A stretch of 56,783 bases of DNA from Phoronis australis (Eukaryota; Animalia; Phoronida): contig NMRA01000590.1 of NCBI GenBank assembly GCA_002633005.1, forward strand, positions 204,639 through 261,421, given 5' to 3'. Below, piece after piece: positions 1-12,000 of this stretch. How positions within the stretch are numbered: position 1 is the stretch's first letter; every line of letters starts with the position of its first letter. The position numbers were made by a program, and so were the translations under genes. A model generated the notes under the pieces. The model saw nothing but the letters and a program-made list of their open reading frames with translations, was not told where the DNA came from and did no database searches.

Positions 1-43
1 CATCGATATTGTCATGTCCTCTGTTTTCATCCAACCTTCCCAG

Positions 44-88
44 ATGAAAACTTGAATGAAGAGGACCTTCAGTACTTGAGTGAGCATG
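44..88 (+). CDS. Possible isolated internal exon (45 nt, phase 1-1) of a gene mostly outside the window: (D)ENLNEEDLQYLSEH(G)
   Basis: Pyrimidine-rich acceptor ctgttttcatccaaccttcccAG (AG 42-43), open acidic frame, donor GTatac at 89 (weak). No partner exon identified. Confidence 0.3.
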
Positions 89-2277
89 GTATACTGTGTG
101 ATTTATGTTGAATTATTCAACGGTTCTTTTAAGAACCATTTCACGTTATACCTACAACCAACGGCCCTTTTAAGGGCCACTCAACAATTCCCAGAAGAAC
201 TGCTCACTTGAGAATATTGATTTATAAACACGCTTTCGTAGTTTTCTCAGTAGGCCTATGTCAACCGTAAATCAAAAACTGTCCGATAACTATGCTGCTA
301 TTGGGCAAGCAGACGACATAAAGGGTCGGAACCGAAGTTTGAATTTTGAAATTAATTACCAGTAGCATTGCCAAAAGTACTCACAATACCAACCCTTCTA
401 CTATTGAAAGACTTTGAAAAGCGTTTCAATACCGAAATTAATATAGATTAATGTTTTTTTTCGCTGTTTTGGACAGTAAAGTAGATGCAAGTATTTCTCG
501 TCAAATTACACTGACCGGAAACTGCAGCAGATACACTGTAGGTCAGGAGAGTTCAACTCAGCTCGTAAGAATATGCTGGAGTTGCGAATCTGTTGTCTAT
601 AATCTATGCTGTCACCTCTTTTGTACCAGGAAATTATTTCTCATTTGAACAAAAACAAAAATTGCAGATATTAGTTGCCTTCCACGACTACCCTTGAGCA
701 GGACAGAATTTTTTCTTTGTGGATTTAGCCATGATCGGCATCAGACGGAAAATGTCTGGTGACGTCTACCACAAAAACGCGAACCAAGCTTTTTGAGAAG
801 CTGTGCTGGTTGCTGACGGAGGATTTGGTGGCCGTCGTTTTCCACACACGGTAATCTAGCAACACTTTAAAGATAATGAATTCACTCAAACATTTTCTTG
901 TAGGAAGTTCGTGTGTAAAGGATAGGGATTTGTAAGTGGCAATAATCTGTCTTCAATAAAAGCAGTAAATACCGGTTTGAACCCTTTTTACTTGGTCGAA
1001 CATGTTCATCAAAGTGTCCCTCCTTGGCAATGTACGTAATGCGCTCTAAATTTATCGGACGCTGGGAGCATGATTATTATTGTACCGAACACCGTTTTAG
1101 ACACTACATGAAAACGAAAATCGATCGAATGCAGACAAGAATTTTAACTATATCACTTTTAAATTAGAATTTTGTTTGTAAATCACCCCACTAAGATAAT
1201 TGTCTATCATGACCTCAGCGCTAACAGTCCAACCATTTCCTGCGGAGCTACAGTGCTCTCGCAAGTAGACGAGTATTTTAAGCGAAGTCCTCGTCCTCAT
1301 TTTAAAAAAATTAGTGACGCCCAACGGCGAAGTTGTAAAGATAATGCAAAACAATGAAGAATTTTGTTGTTTTAAAGGTATGGTAGAGTAACTACTTCAA
1401 AAAGTCTATCCAATCCACGTAAGGAATCTTGATTCTTGAGCAAGAAGAGTACAAAGGTGAAGTGTACCGTATGTCTCTGCGTGTCTCATTTTTCTCACAG
1501 TTAAGACATATGTTATTGTACATGTATGCATATGCTAGGCAACGCAATAATGTACTAGGTGTTTCTTGTATTTTGTTGTGGATTTTTTGTAAAAAAACTC
1601 AAATTAAATGAGGAACTTTTCATAATGGTGCTCTCTAGAGTAATGAGAGCACAAAGGTCATTTCCGTATGATACCCGTTAAGATTTGGTGGACATATATT
1701 CAGCTACTAATAGAGGTTCATCAATTTAAAAGTAAGGGCATAAATTCCACTCTCAGTTGCTCTCATTGATTAACAAGTTCACTGATTTGTTTTATTTTTT
1801 TTCTCCCGCTGGGATCGAAACTCAACCGCTTTATCAGCCACAGCCACAGGCTTTGTAGCGGATTCTGGGAAATTTATGGAACATGGTGTCCACGTTCATC
1901 CATTCATATTACATAATGTAAGGCATTGGTATATCCCACCGTACAGCAGAGGGAATTTGGAAAGGTGTTTTAACACAGTTTTAAACAACAGTGTTCATAC
2001 CAGTAGGTTGAAAGCTCCCGTTCCTATTACATTGGATCATAGGTGGTGCTGAAAACCTGTCCATCACAAACCTGATCGTAATCTAGCGGGAAAGTGAATT
2101 TCAATACGGTGCAGGTATTTCGAAATTCAGCTATTTGTTCTTGTTCCGTTTAGCTTTGTCTTGGCTTTGGCTAATACTCAAAATACTAGGCGACATGGTA
2201 AGACGTGGACAGTTTGCCTCAGCATGGAGTCATATTTATCCATAATTGAATCACTGAAAGTTGCGTAATAAATTCTT

Positions 2278-2283
2278 TTTATT
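2278..2283 (-). terminator. Candidate polyadenylation signal (AATAAA) for the ZP gene
   Basis: First minus-strand AATAAA that I could see downstream of the stop codon (about 570 nt). Motif only. Confidence 0.3.
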
Positions 2284-2854
2284 CACTCCTTCCAGCATCA
2301 TATTCCAATTATCTAGAATTAGCTGAAAAAGAAGATCTTGGATAACATGCAACTGACTACTTACTTAATAGTCCGATATCTTTAGTTTCCGATTATCAAC
2401 TTTCCTGAATTACACATTGAAAGCATTAAGCATTTGACGATATACTCTTAGTTTTCGCCAAGCATTAGTCCATAAAATGAGTCTCACACATATTTGCGGT
2501 TTCACTACCAAAATTACAGCAAGTTCCTACAGCAAGGTCAAGGGCGTACCATGAGCTGTGGTTGCCATATTGGTTGCACGCTTTCGAAATTCAACAATGT
2601 TTCTGTACTCAGTTTGATGTCCTCTGTTTGAGAATCGTTGTTAAAAGAGCATCGTTTGCAAATACGCTTGGACTAAATCGGCTTACATGTACATGTACTG
2701 TACGTAACGATACGCTTTGCGTTTTTTAATTATTATGAAGTGCAGAGAATTCCCTTTGAGAAGCAAACACACAATTGTCAATATGTCATTCCAGTTACGT
2801 TCAAGCGATGTTGGATAAGAGAGAACTCATTATGTTCATGTTACAAAAAGACTT

Positions 2855-3042
2855 TTACGTGTAAACTGGATTGTCTTTTCCAGTCAAAACGACCTGCTTC
2901 TTCGCCTGTGCCCCAAAGTAGGCAGCGACGCCAATGGTTATCACGAGAAGTACCGCAAGTACAACGACAACCACGTAGAAAACGGTGTTGCTGGTATACC
3001 CAGCACAAAGAGGTTGCAGATCTGTCTTGTTCTCGTTGTTTT
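2855..3042 (-). CDS. ZP gene last coding exon: juxtamembrane region, TM helix, cytoplasmic tail
   Basis: Acceptor tgtatatttcAG (3044-3043); (E)NNENKTDLQPLCAGYTSNTVFYVVVVVLAVLLVITIGVAAYFGAQAKKQVVLTGKDNPVYT then TAA at 2855-2857. Clear hydrophobic TM segment followed by basic residues. Confidence 0.85.
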
Positions 3043-6000
3043 CTGAAATATACATGCAGAGAACGCCTCTGATTATACCCTGCAAGATTGCACGTGTATG
3101 ATATGGCACTCATATACATTTATTGTATAGGCTTGTGGGTGAGGTAAAGACTGAATGTGAGAGAGGTTTTCTAAAAATATCTGTCGTGTAATTAAACTAT
3201 CTACTACGATTGATCAGCCAAATTCATGACAACCAATCAAGCGGTATGTCAAAGTCTGACTACATGAGCACTCTTCAGAAACCTGCTCAGAGTTCAAATG
3301 CTGTCCTACCAGAAGCCATAACCGCCGCCAAATCCGCAGTTATGAAAGAACGCCCGTCAAACATCGTAAAAAGCGCCGTAAACATCGAGACTAACACTAG
3401 AACAAGTTACTCGTTGAACGAATGTCGCTAAGCTTGGGGTTGTCTGGACGCAATTTGCCCCACTTGTGACATCTTATTCCACCTTTTAGCCTACTTGTTC
3501 TAGAATAACTTGCGTCACATCTCATCCCAGCGGTCTCAAACATGGCGCAAGGCGGTTACATGGACTTATTTTTCGCGCCGTCTTCACATCAGCTGTCCGT
3601 TGTTATGCACAAATTCCGCCTTGGGTTGGGCAAGTTATCGGATATATACATGTGGACGCTCAGCTTAAAGTTGCAGTAGTGCCAGTTGTTCCGACTGCGA
3701 GCCGGAACTTTTACTAAACCTTATCGTGCCAGGGTAACTTGCTCTAGAGTATTGCTGTGTGTCCGTAAATGAGGGGCAAGGCGGACGTAATTATCACTCA
3801 GATGCCGTTACATTGAGATGGGACATCTTTTTTGTGCCGTATTTGCATCAGACGTTCATTGTCATGCACGGATCGACAGCTTCCGCCTTGCGCGAGTTAA
3901 AGTGAGGCAAGTTGGACTAGTGCAACTTGTTCTAGGGTATCGATGTCAGTGTGAGAAAGGGACTATAATGTCCCCACTCAAAGGTGACCACTGTTTAAGG
4001 TTTTCCAGGCTCGTTTTACGTAAAGGTCAAAATACGGATCTTAGGTTTCCCTCTAAGAATGCAGTGCAACACTGGGGGAGTTAATCGTCCTCCTTGGTGG
4101 ACCTCAAGGCGACTTCTTATTTATTTTCACACGATCCTCCGCCTTTTCCTCGTAAGTCGCAATTATAATCTTCCGAATACATTTTCCATGAACACATTTG
4201 ATATAATACGGTAAACACGTGATGTAATTTTCACGCTTCCGAATCCCACAGCCATGGCAAGCACACGCTCAAGTCCCAATGGTTCTGCAGACGCTGGAAC
4301 AACTGAGTGCAAAACGCGGACTTACTTCGCATCGCTTTCGTCAGACAATTTCGCACAGTTAATTTGTAAAGCGATCCTGTTCCTCGTAAAATTGCACTAT
4401 CGGTAGTCCTTCACTGAAAACCTCTGTTGACGTCGCCATGAGGTAGACTAAGAGATTTAAAGACTGGTCATGAAAAAGGAAGACAAACGCGTCGGGGAAT
4501 TGCGAAGGCGCAAGTTACGAGAAATAAGGAAGTCAATTCATACAATCAAAATATTTACTTCTCATGACTTTTGCTGTGAGAACTAATCTAACAAATACCC
4601 TCATAATGGTTGCTGATTACTAACTCTCCGGTTTTTACTACTAGTAAATGAGCTGATACTGAAACGACAGTTCGTTAATGGGACATTTTTCTTATCTGAC
4701 TGCAGGGTCCCTTGCGGCTCGGGAATGTCTGCGCTCAAAATTCCTTTGTGTCGCAGGTTATTCCCCTCTCACCGATGTATATTCCCCATCCGCACCATTT
4801 TGACGTTTCTCAGACATAATTCTTCGCATGGGTCTGTTCCAAAAAAAACTGACAAATCTTAACTTTTAGTAAATTTTATCATAAAAACTTAAATTTGTCT
4901 AAAGATCGTTTCAAGAAAGAGGTATTAAGTTTGAGTTAGGTTTTTGATAAAAGTTTTATCTTGATTTTGACTGTCTTACTTCATGTGGCAGTTTCCACCG
5001 ACCACTGTACAGCCAACAAGCGGCAAGGTGGGGGTCAGCCATTCAGATCCATGTTTAGTCTGATAAATCACATTAGGGATGAGAGAAAATGGGTGAAGTA
5101 TGACACCACGAAGTTTGGTGGTTTAGGAGATACAAGGGAAGTGTTCTGGGGGGGCAAAATGAGGCAATTTCTTGGTGTGGAATGAGTCATTTTTGACCAA
5201 ATTTTCTACTCCAGTTTCTGCTTCAAACAGAATCGTTTCTGAACAATTTTGATATCACATGATAGGTTCATGACCAATGTCAGTAAAAACGGCATCGACA
5301 CTGCAATATCGGTTACCATGGTAACACTGGAACTGTTTCCGTGAACTCACATTTCTTGTGAAAAACCAGCAGTAAGTTGTACCCTTATAGCGAAGCTGCC
5401 CCCACGAGAAAACTAAAAATAATAACATGGGCATGTAGAAGACTCCATGCCCTTGAAATTCATACAATAAAATCTTTGTCGGCCCTTCAGGCAGGCTTGG
5501 CAATAGGTGTCTGAATTTCACTATTTTCAGACCGCGTATGGGTATTTGTCATGTTAAACCAGTCACTAGTTGTGCGCCGTTTCTGCGCATTAATATGCCG
5601 TGGTATAATACAACAATTAAAACAATTGGTTTGCTTAAATGTTTTTAATTATTTTTAAGGACACTAGCATTTCCAAATAAAATATGAAATTATACTAAAT
5701 TTGTTCATCCAACTCGTCCGAATACCAAACTAAAGCTTACAATGCGTTAGTTGAATGATGGCTGACCTAAAGTGCGGGTTTGCGAATTCATCTATTTATC
5801 TGGCACTGCCAGTCGCATCGATTGTGGTATTTCCACAAATTGCGGGGAGAAAGAACTTTGGAAACTCTTGGGAAATGTACAAGGGAGAGCGAGACATTTG
5901 AGCACCTTATAAGAGTACGTGGAGCTGATGTGGAGGTGGAACGTGTCCTCCTGAGAAGTAGTCTGTCTCAGTGACAGTGCTTGCCTCGGAGGCAGGTGTG

Positions 6001-9000
6001 CAGGAGCTACATAATCTACCGTATTAGATTCACTTAACCGAATCATCGTTACAACACTCGAGGTATATTGGCGTCGCCAAAGACACTGAGAACATCCACT
6101 GCACACTAGAGGAGATATCTGATAGAGGTCTGAAAAATGACCAAAGACGTTAAGTCAAGGTTCAACGTCCAGCTTCGTGTGAGCTCAGGTAGGAATCACT
6201 AAACTCCAGGGTCCGACCCTGAGGAATATTTTTAGAAGTGCGTCATTCATGCAAAAATACTTTTATTGACACACCGTGATTGCTTATAACTTGGGCCTTA
6301 TTGTTTAATCATATCTTATTCAAATGTGTTGATGTTTATGCAACTACATTGGCATAGAAAATAGGTAGTCATCATAACTTTTCATAAGAACCACCAAATG
6401 TGTAACGTAACTTCTGCCTATGAACTACTTTTAGAGACTAAGGAGTATGTTATGTCTACCAATGATTTTCTGCGATTATGAAGTTAATTAAACATGCTAA
6501 AGCCGTCAAGTTTTAGCTTGGTATTCATATTTTCTGAGCCGAAATGGCCACATGAAATTTAATATGTTTAATTTTTCATTAATACAATTTTAGGAATCAG
6601 GAAAGGCTTATGCTGATGAAGTGGCTTCTGCTGAAGTTGGAGACTTGCTGATTATTAATAATGGTTGGGTATGGAAAAGTTCACAACCAACAAGAAGGTA
6701 CCCTTCTGGACAACTAAGTGAGGGGGCTAGAGAGAGAGGCCGAAAAGTCTACTCCCAGAAGATATGTCAAAGAGAATTTGTAGCTAGTGAGGAACGAGTC
6801 GGGGGAAAAAGTATTTGCCAAAGATTACTGGCTTATACCACAACAGGTCTATAGTAATTTGTTGAGATAGGCCACTTTCAGCAAATGTGGGGAAACTGGG
6901 ACAGAGGATGTGGAGTATGCATTGAGAGAGGCAATCTGCGATTGTCAAGGATGTAGCATTGTAAAAATTCAAAAGGAGGAAACAGTACAGTGGCTGGACC
7001 TGTAAATCCTCTGGCTGACCTGCTAAATCCAGTGGGGGCTTTATTGTATCAGTACAGCTGTGTAGGGATTGGAAGTAGGCTTGTGTGTTGTCGCAAGCTT
7101 TGTTTGCACCAGAACTGCTTGTGTGAACAGCACTAATCTAAAATTTACCTAGTCTAAGACTGAATTTTTGTCCAGGCACGGATAATGATCCTACGCCACA
7201 TGGTAATGGTACATTGTTCATTTTGTTTAGCCACTGGATTTTTTCGTAATTGATCTGAATTTATGTTTCCGAATTTTATTTACCATTATAGATTTTTCTT
7301 TGTAAATGGGTATATATTACTGAAATTTGAGACCCTGTTGCAGTTAGGCTGGTTTTGTTAACTTATCTTTCTGCCTGGGTTGTAAACACATATTCTGTCC
7401 AGGAGGTGATAAGTTTTGATTTAGACCATTTACCTCTATACATGTAAACTTTTGCTCAGTTTGTTCCTTATCCATATGGAAAGTGATTTCTGGAATTGTA
7501 GCGAATTGAGAGTTTGCTATTCCTTGAGACCATGCTGTGTGTATAAAATCACACACTATTAGTCTGGTCTCTAGCAATTGCATATTGCCAGATCTTTCAA
7601 AGTTCTGAAATTGCTCAAAGTGACCTGGAAGTAATACCTATTTCATGATGGTAAAATGTTTTAATCAAAAGTTGTTTTATGTGATTTTAGGCGAGTTTAT
7701 GTCCACTTCAAATGATTTTTGTTGCAGTAATGAAAAGTATTGGCACATTAGCTCTGGTGGCTCCTTGTTTCTTTGGCGAATTGACCATTTTATGGTTCCC
7801 ATGGGTAATTTTGTTACTGGTCTAGTACATGTATGTATGTACAACTGTAATCGTAGGGCAATTGTAATGCAAACCATGTAGCAAAAGTATTTTTTCATGA
7901 CCATTTCATTGTAAAATGCTGCCTAATTGGAACCGACAAGCCAATTTTTCATTTTGTGGTGGTAAGTTTTGATAAGAACATTGATGTGGTAAATACAGTG
8001 TACAGCTACCTCAAGTTTGTGAAGAAGATTTCCAGTGTTGTCAGCGATATTGCGAAATCATTTTTTCGCAATGAGACTACATCACCTTAAATGTAATTGC
8101 CCGGCTTAATGAGCTTTGTGTGGTTGACTCTGTCCTGTAGCAATTACAGTGTTGAAAATATCTAGAAGGTAATTTTTTATTAGAGTCATAACATTTGCAC
8201 TTTTGACTGTACAGTTATTTTTGCATTGTATTACGAAAACATATTTTTTAGTACACAAGTCTCTAGTTGGTATTTTATATTTTTTCACAAGGAATATTTT
8301 CAACTTAGGTGAGTTGTCTGTGAGGTAGGCAATTTTCAAATAAGATAATGAATAAGATTGTCAAACATTGTTTTATTTTTTAGATGTGTGGTCTTCCAAT
8401 AAGTGATTACTTTTAAAAAAACTGCAGAATTTGATTTTCACTCTTCATTTGAAGGAGAATAAATCCATAAACCTGCATTGTCTAGAAATTTTACTCAAAC
8501 TACATATTACAGGGTTGGGGATTGGAATCTTAATACAACAGAGTCTGAACCCGTACCATGAGCAATACAACACAATACACGGATTAAAAAACTTGGTGTT
8601 TAGATTCCACGGAAAGGATTCGTGTGCGCGGTAATAGTTACTAAGGTGCGTGGTCATTGTCTGTGGATACTTTGGGATTCCTCTTCTGTGGTCATCCACG
8701 GGAAACCTGGTCGCATAGAGAACTTATAGATTAGCATCTTCATTGTTCCCGTTGTTACATGTATAATAAAGATATAATGACGAACACTTATCGGCAACGG
8801 TCCGATGTACGCAAGGTTCTATATCCATGCGACCTGTGTTGTTACATCCAACAATGACACAACAAATGAAAACAATTATAGGACCGATGGGCAAAAAACA
8901 TGCGACGAGTTGCCATGGACAGTGGTGGAGTTTGTCTTGTCGTTCGAATGTTTTTACAGAACTGCAAACCCGGTACTTCGTCAGGAAAATTTCTGCGGTC

Positions 9001-12000
9001 TTTTGTTTTAAGTCGTGGGAAAAAATTGCGGTCATGCAACCAAACTTATCATTCATTTGATATTATAGTGCATTGCATGAACGTTTGATCAACAGTAAAT
9101 CTGACTTGAATATGTGTGAAGAAATACCAATGAGGAAATTGCAAAGCAAAATAACTGTAAATCAAAATAACCTACATTTGTCGAGTTCATGTCTATAACC
9201 CTGTTCACTGTGGAGGACATAATCGTCTTTTTACAAAATGGAGCCATGTATGGTATTTTGGAGTACTGTAGCCCTAAGTGGTAAGTAATAAAACGTTCAA
9301 AACATTCAGGAGGAACTAACTTGTTGCAAAATATCGAAAAACATGAAGGACAATCAGATTTTACGGTGCTCACGCATCGATCTCAGATATATGAAAATTT
9401 CTCATTTTAGTACATTTGAGGTACCAAAATGTATAACTAATAAACTGGCTGACAAAGTTTTTATTTTATGAAATGAAAGTAACATGTTTTGTCAACATTT
9501 TGGCTAAGTTTCATTCTCATAACAGTGGGGGCAGATTTGGTACAGCAGTGTACTGAACACAACCTCAAAATGGCATAACGGGGGGCAGTGTAGTAAAACT
9601 ACTAAATGAGGGTGGTAAATCGGAATCGTGTTTCAAGACATCTGTGTAACAATCTACAGGCACCACTAAACAATGCCAAGTGAATAATAAATCAATAGCT
9701 TTCATTCAAGGACAAATGTGAACAGTTAAAACTGGACAGTTTTTATACCGTGAAAACATGGCTGCGAAGCCGTAAAATGTGTTCGAGCCTATAACTTTAG
9801 AAAAACGTAATATTTTGAGGAAATATTTTACCGTTGTGTATAGATCCTATAGGACTACCTATGTGCCAAATTTGGTGAAAATCGGCTGACCCCCACCTTG
9901 CCGCTCATGGCTGGTGCTCTCGTGGACTAGTACTTAAGTCAAAAATGAACTTAAATCAGTTTCTTTTCTGCTCCTACACTCCTGTCCGCTAAACTTACAA
10001 TTATTCTTTACCCTCGTCCGCCGTTCCCGTCTTTTGGGATAGTTAACATTACCTTATATAAATCCCTGACCTCAAATAGATTCAAAACGTATTCCCGCCA
10101 TTTTTCTGTTATTCATTTTTAACAAAATCGTTTCTCTATTACTGCCATTAAGCTATAAAATAAAATCAGAAACAAATCAAATAGTCATGAACAGAAAATA
10201 TATTATTAGCGATACAGTGCAATATACATGTAGCATTCCCATTCTCGTGAGGACTCATCTCGTGAACATCAATACTGATATAAGTTTTTCAATGAAACTT
10301 GATAATCTAGATAACATTCACAGTTTTGTTGTGAAAATAAATTTGCGTCTAATGTTTACGATATTCAAATAATTAATTGAGAAATAGAACCTGTAATCGT
10401 TAGAGGTTAACACTGACGAGCTCAAACGACGAATTTGTCCGTGAGAACGGAACTAGCACTGGAGTTATGGGCCAGGGTTGGTATGCAGTCGTGAACAATG
10501 ACGTGTGTCTGGTATGGGAGGGAAGAATATGTGTCCGTGAGAGCGGAATACCTAACGTACCTGAAAGGAGTCTTGTGTGCGGGTAGGTCACTGCATGGCA
10601 AGAACCCTGGAGTAGGTTACAATTCTACAGCATTCGTTCTAGGAAATGTTCTCACCTTTCTTAACAGACACGGTGAAATTGGCTTGGGCAAAAATGACAT
10701 TTCCTTGGCGAACGTCACGTCTTCTTCGTTTTAACGAGCAGATGCTCTAAAACATGTTTAGAACACTTTAATCCAGTTTCACAATGAAGGTGATCATACT
10801 GCTTTTAATGTAAAGTCCCAACATATATGTGAGCAAGGAATTTGACCTGCTCCTCGACTTTGCAACACAGCTGCTAGATTTCCGTTTCAACGCAGATTAG
10901 TTTGTTTACTAAAAACATTCGATGGATTTTTTATTTATTAGGTTATTTGTCATTGCGGACTCTTCTCGAGATTTTTATAGTTTTTGCAGCTGGTATGCTC
11001 GTTGTTACACAGAGTAGTTTTACCGTATGTGCCGGGCAAGTTATTCAAATTCTGTCGTGTCTACTACTTGTCTGCCCATCATACGTCTTTGCTTTATGAT
11101 CATACATATACAAGTCAGTAACTACATGTATGTTTAAAGAAATTCTGCTTGTTGGTGAACCAACGAGAAAAAGTACATGTAAGCAACCAATGGTTAGCTT
11201 CATTATGTGTATATCAATCAAAACTTGTAAAATCATACGACGAACCATAGACTATAGTACATGTGTTGTCTATAATCTATGGACTAACTGATTTGTTTAC
11301 CCGTGAATCTCTGCTGTATTCCGGTGTAGTAAACTACAACCGAGTCTGTTTTCACTTCTTCACGATATTTGTTAACATTTGTTTTGAAGTTGCAGTGAGA
11401 TTTTGTGAAATAAATGGAATGAAATTTTCAAAAAAATATATTCCAAGCTTTTATTTTTCTTTCAAGTGACATAAATTTCGTGATTTCTGTCCAAAAATAA
11501 TAATTGATTTCACCCACCTTTCGATTTAAATTTGGTTTTATCGTGTTCCTTAATCAGCTCAGAAGTGATCTTAGGGCTCGGGAATAGCTGACATTTTGTT
11601 ATTCCCAAAGGCCAAAGACACACAACTCACGGAGTGACCTATGATCGATCTGGCATGACAAGGGCACGCATTTTCATGAAGTGACCTATGATGGATCTCT
11701 ACATGTAGCAATAACGAATTTTTAATTCTTTCAAAGCCCTGAAATCACCACAAACCTTACTAGAGAACATACTGAGACCAATTTTACAACGGTGCATGTA
11801 CAGTAACGGACCTACATGTAAATCAAAACTTGCTTTTGAGAGATTTAAAGCCGCTTTAACATGCACAATGTAGCTGAACTGAAGTTTATATCATCCCGTG
11901 TCTGGAATAATAGGAAAGTTAGCGGTGGAAGTAGCGATGGTGGTGGTGGTGGTGGCGGTGGTGGNNNNNNNNNNNNNNNNNNNNNNNNNNNNNNNNNNNN

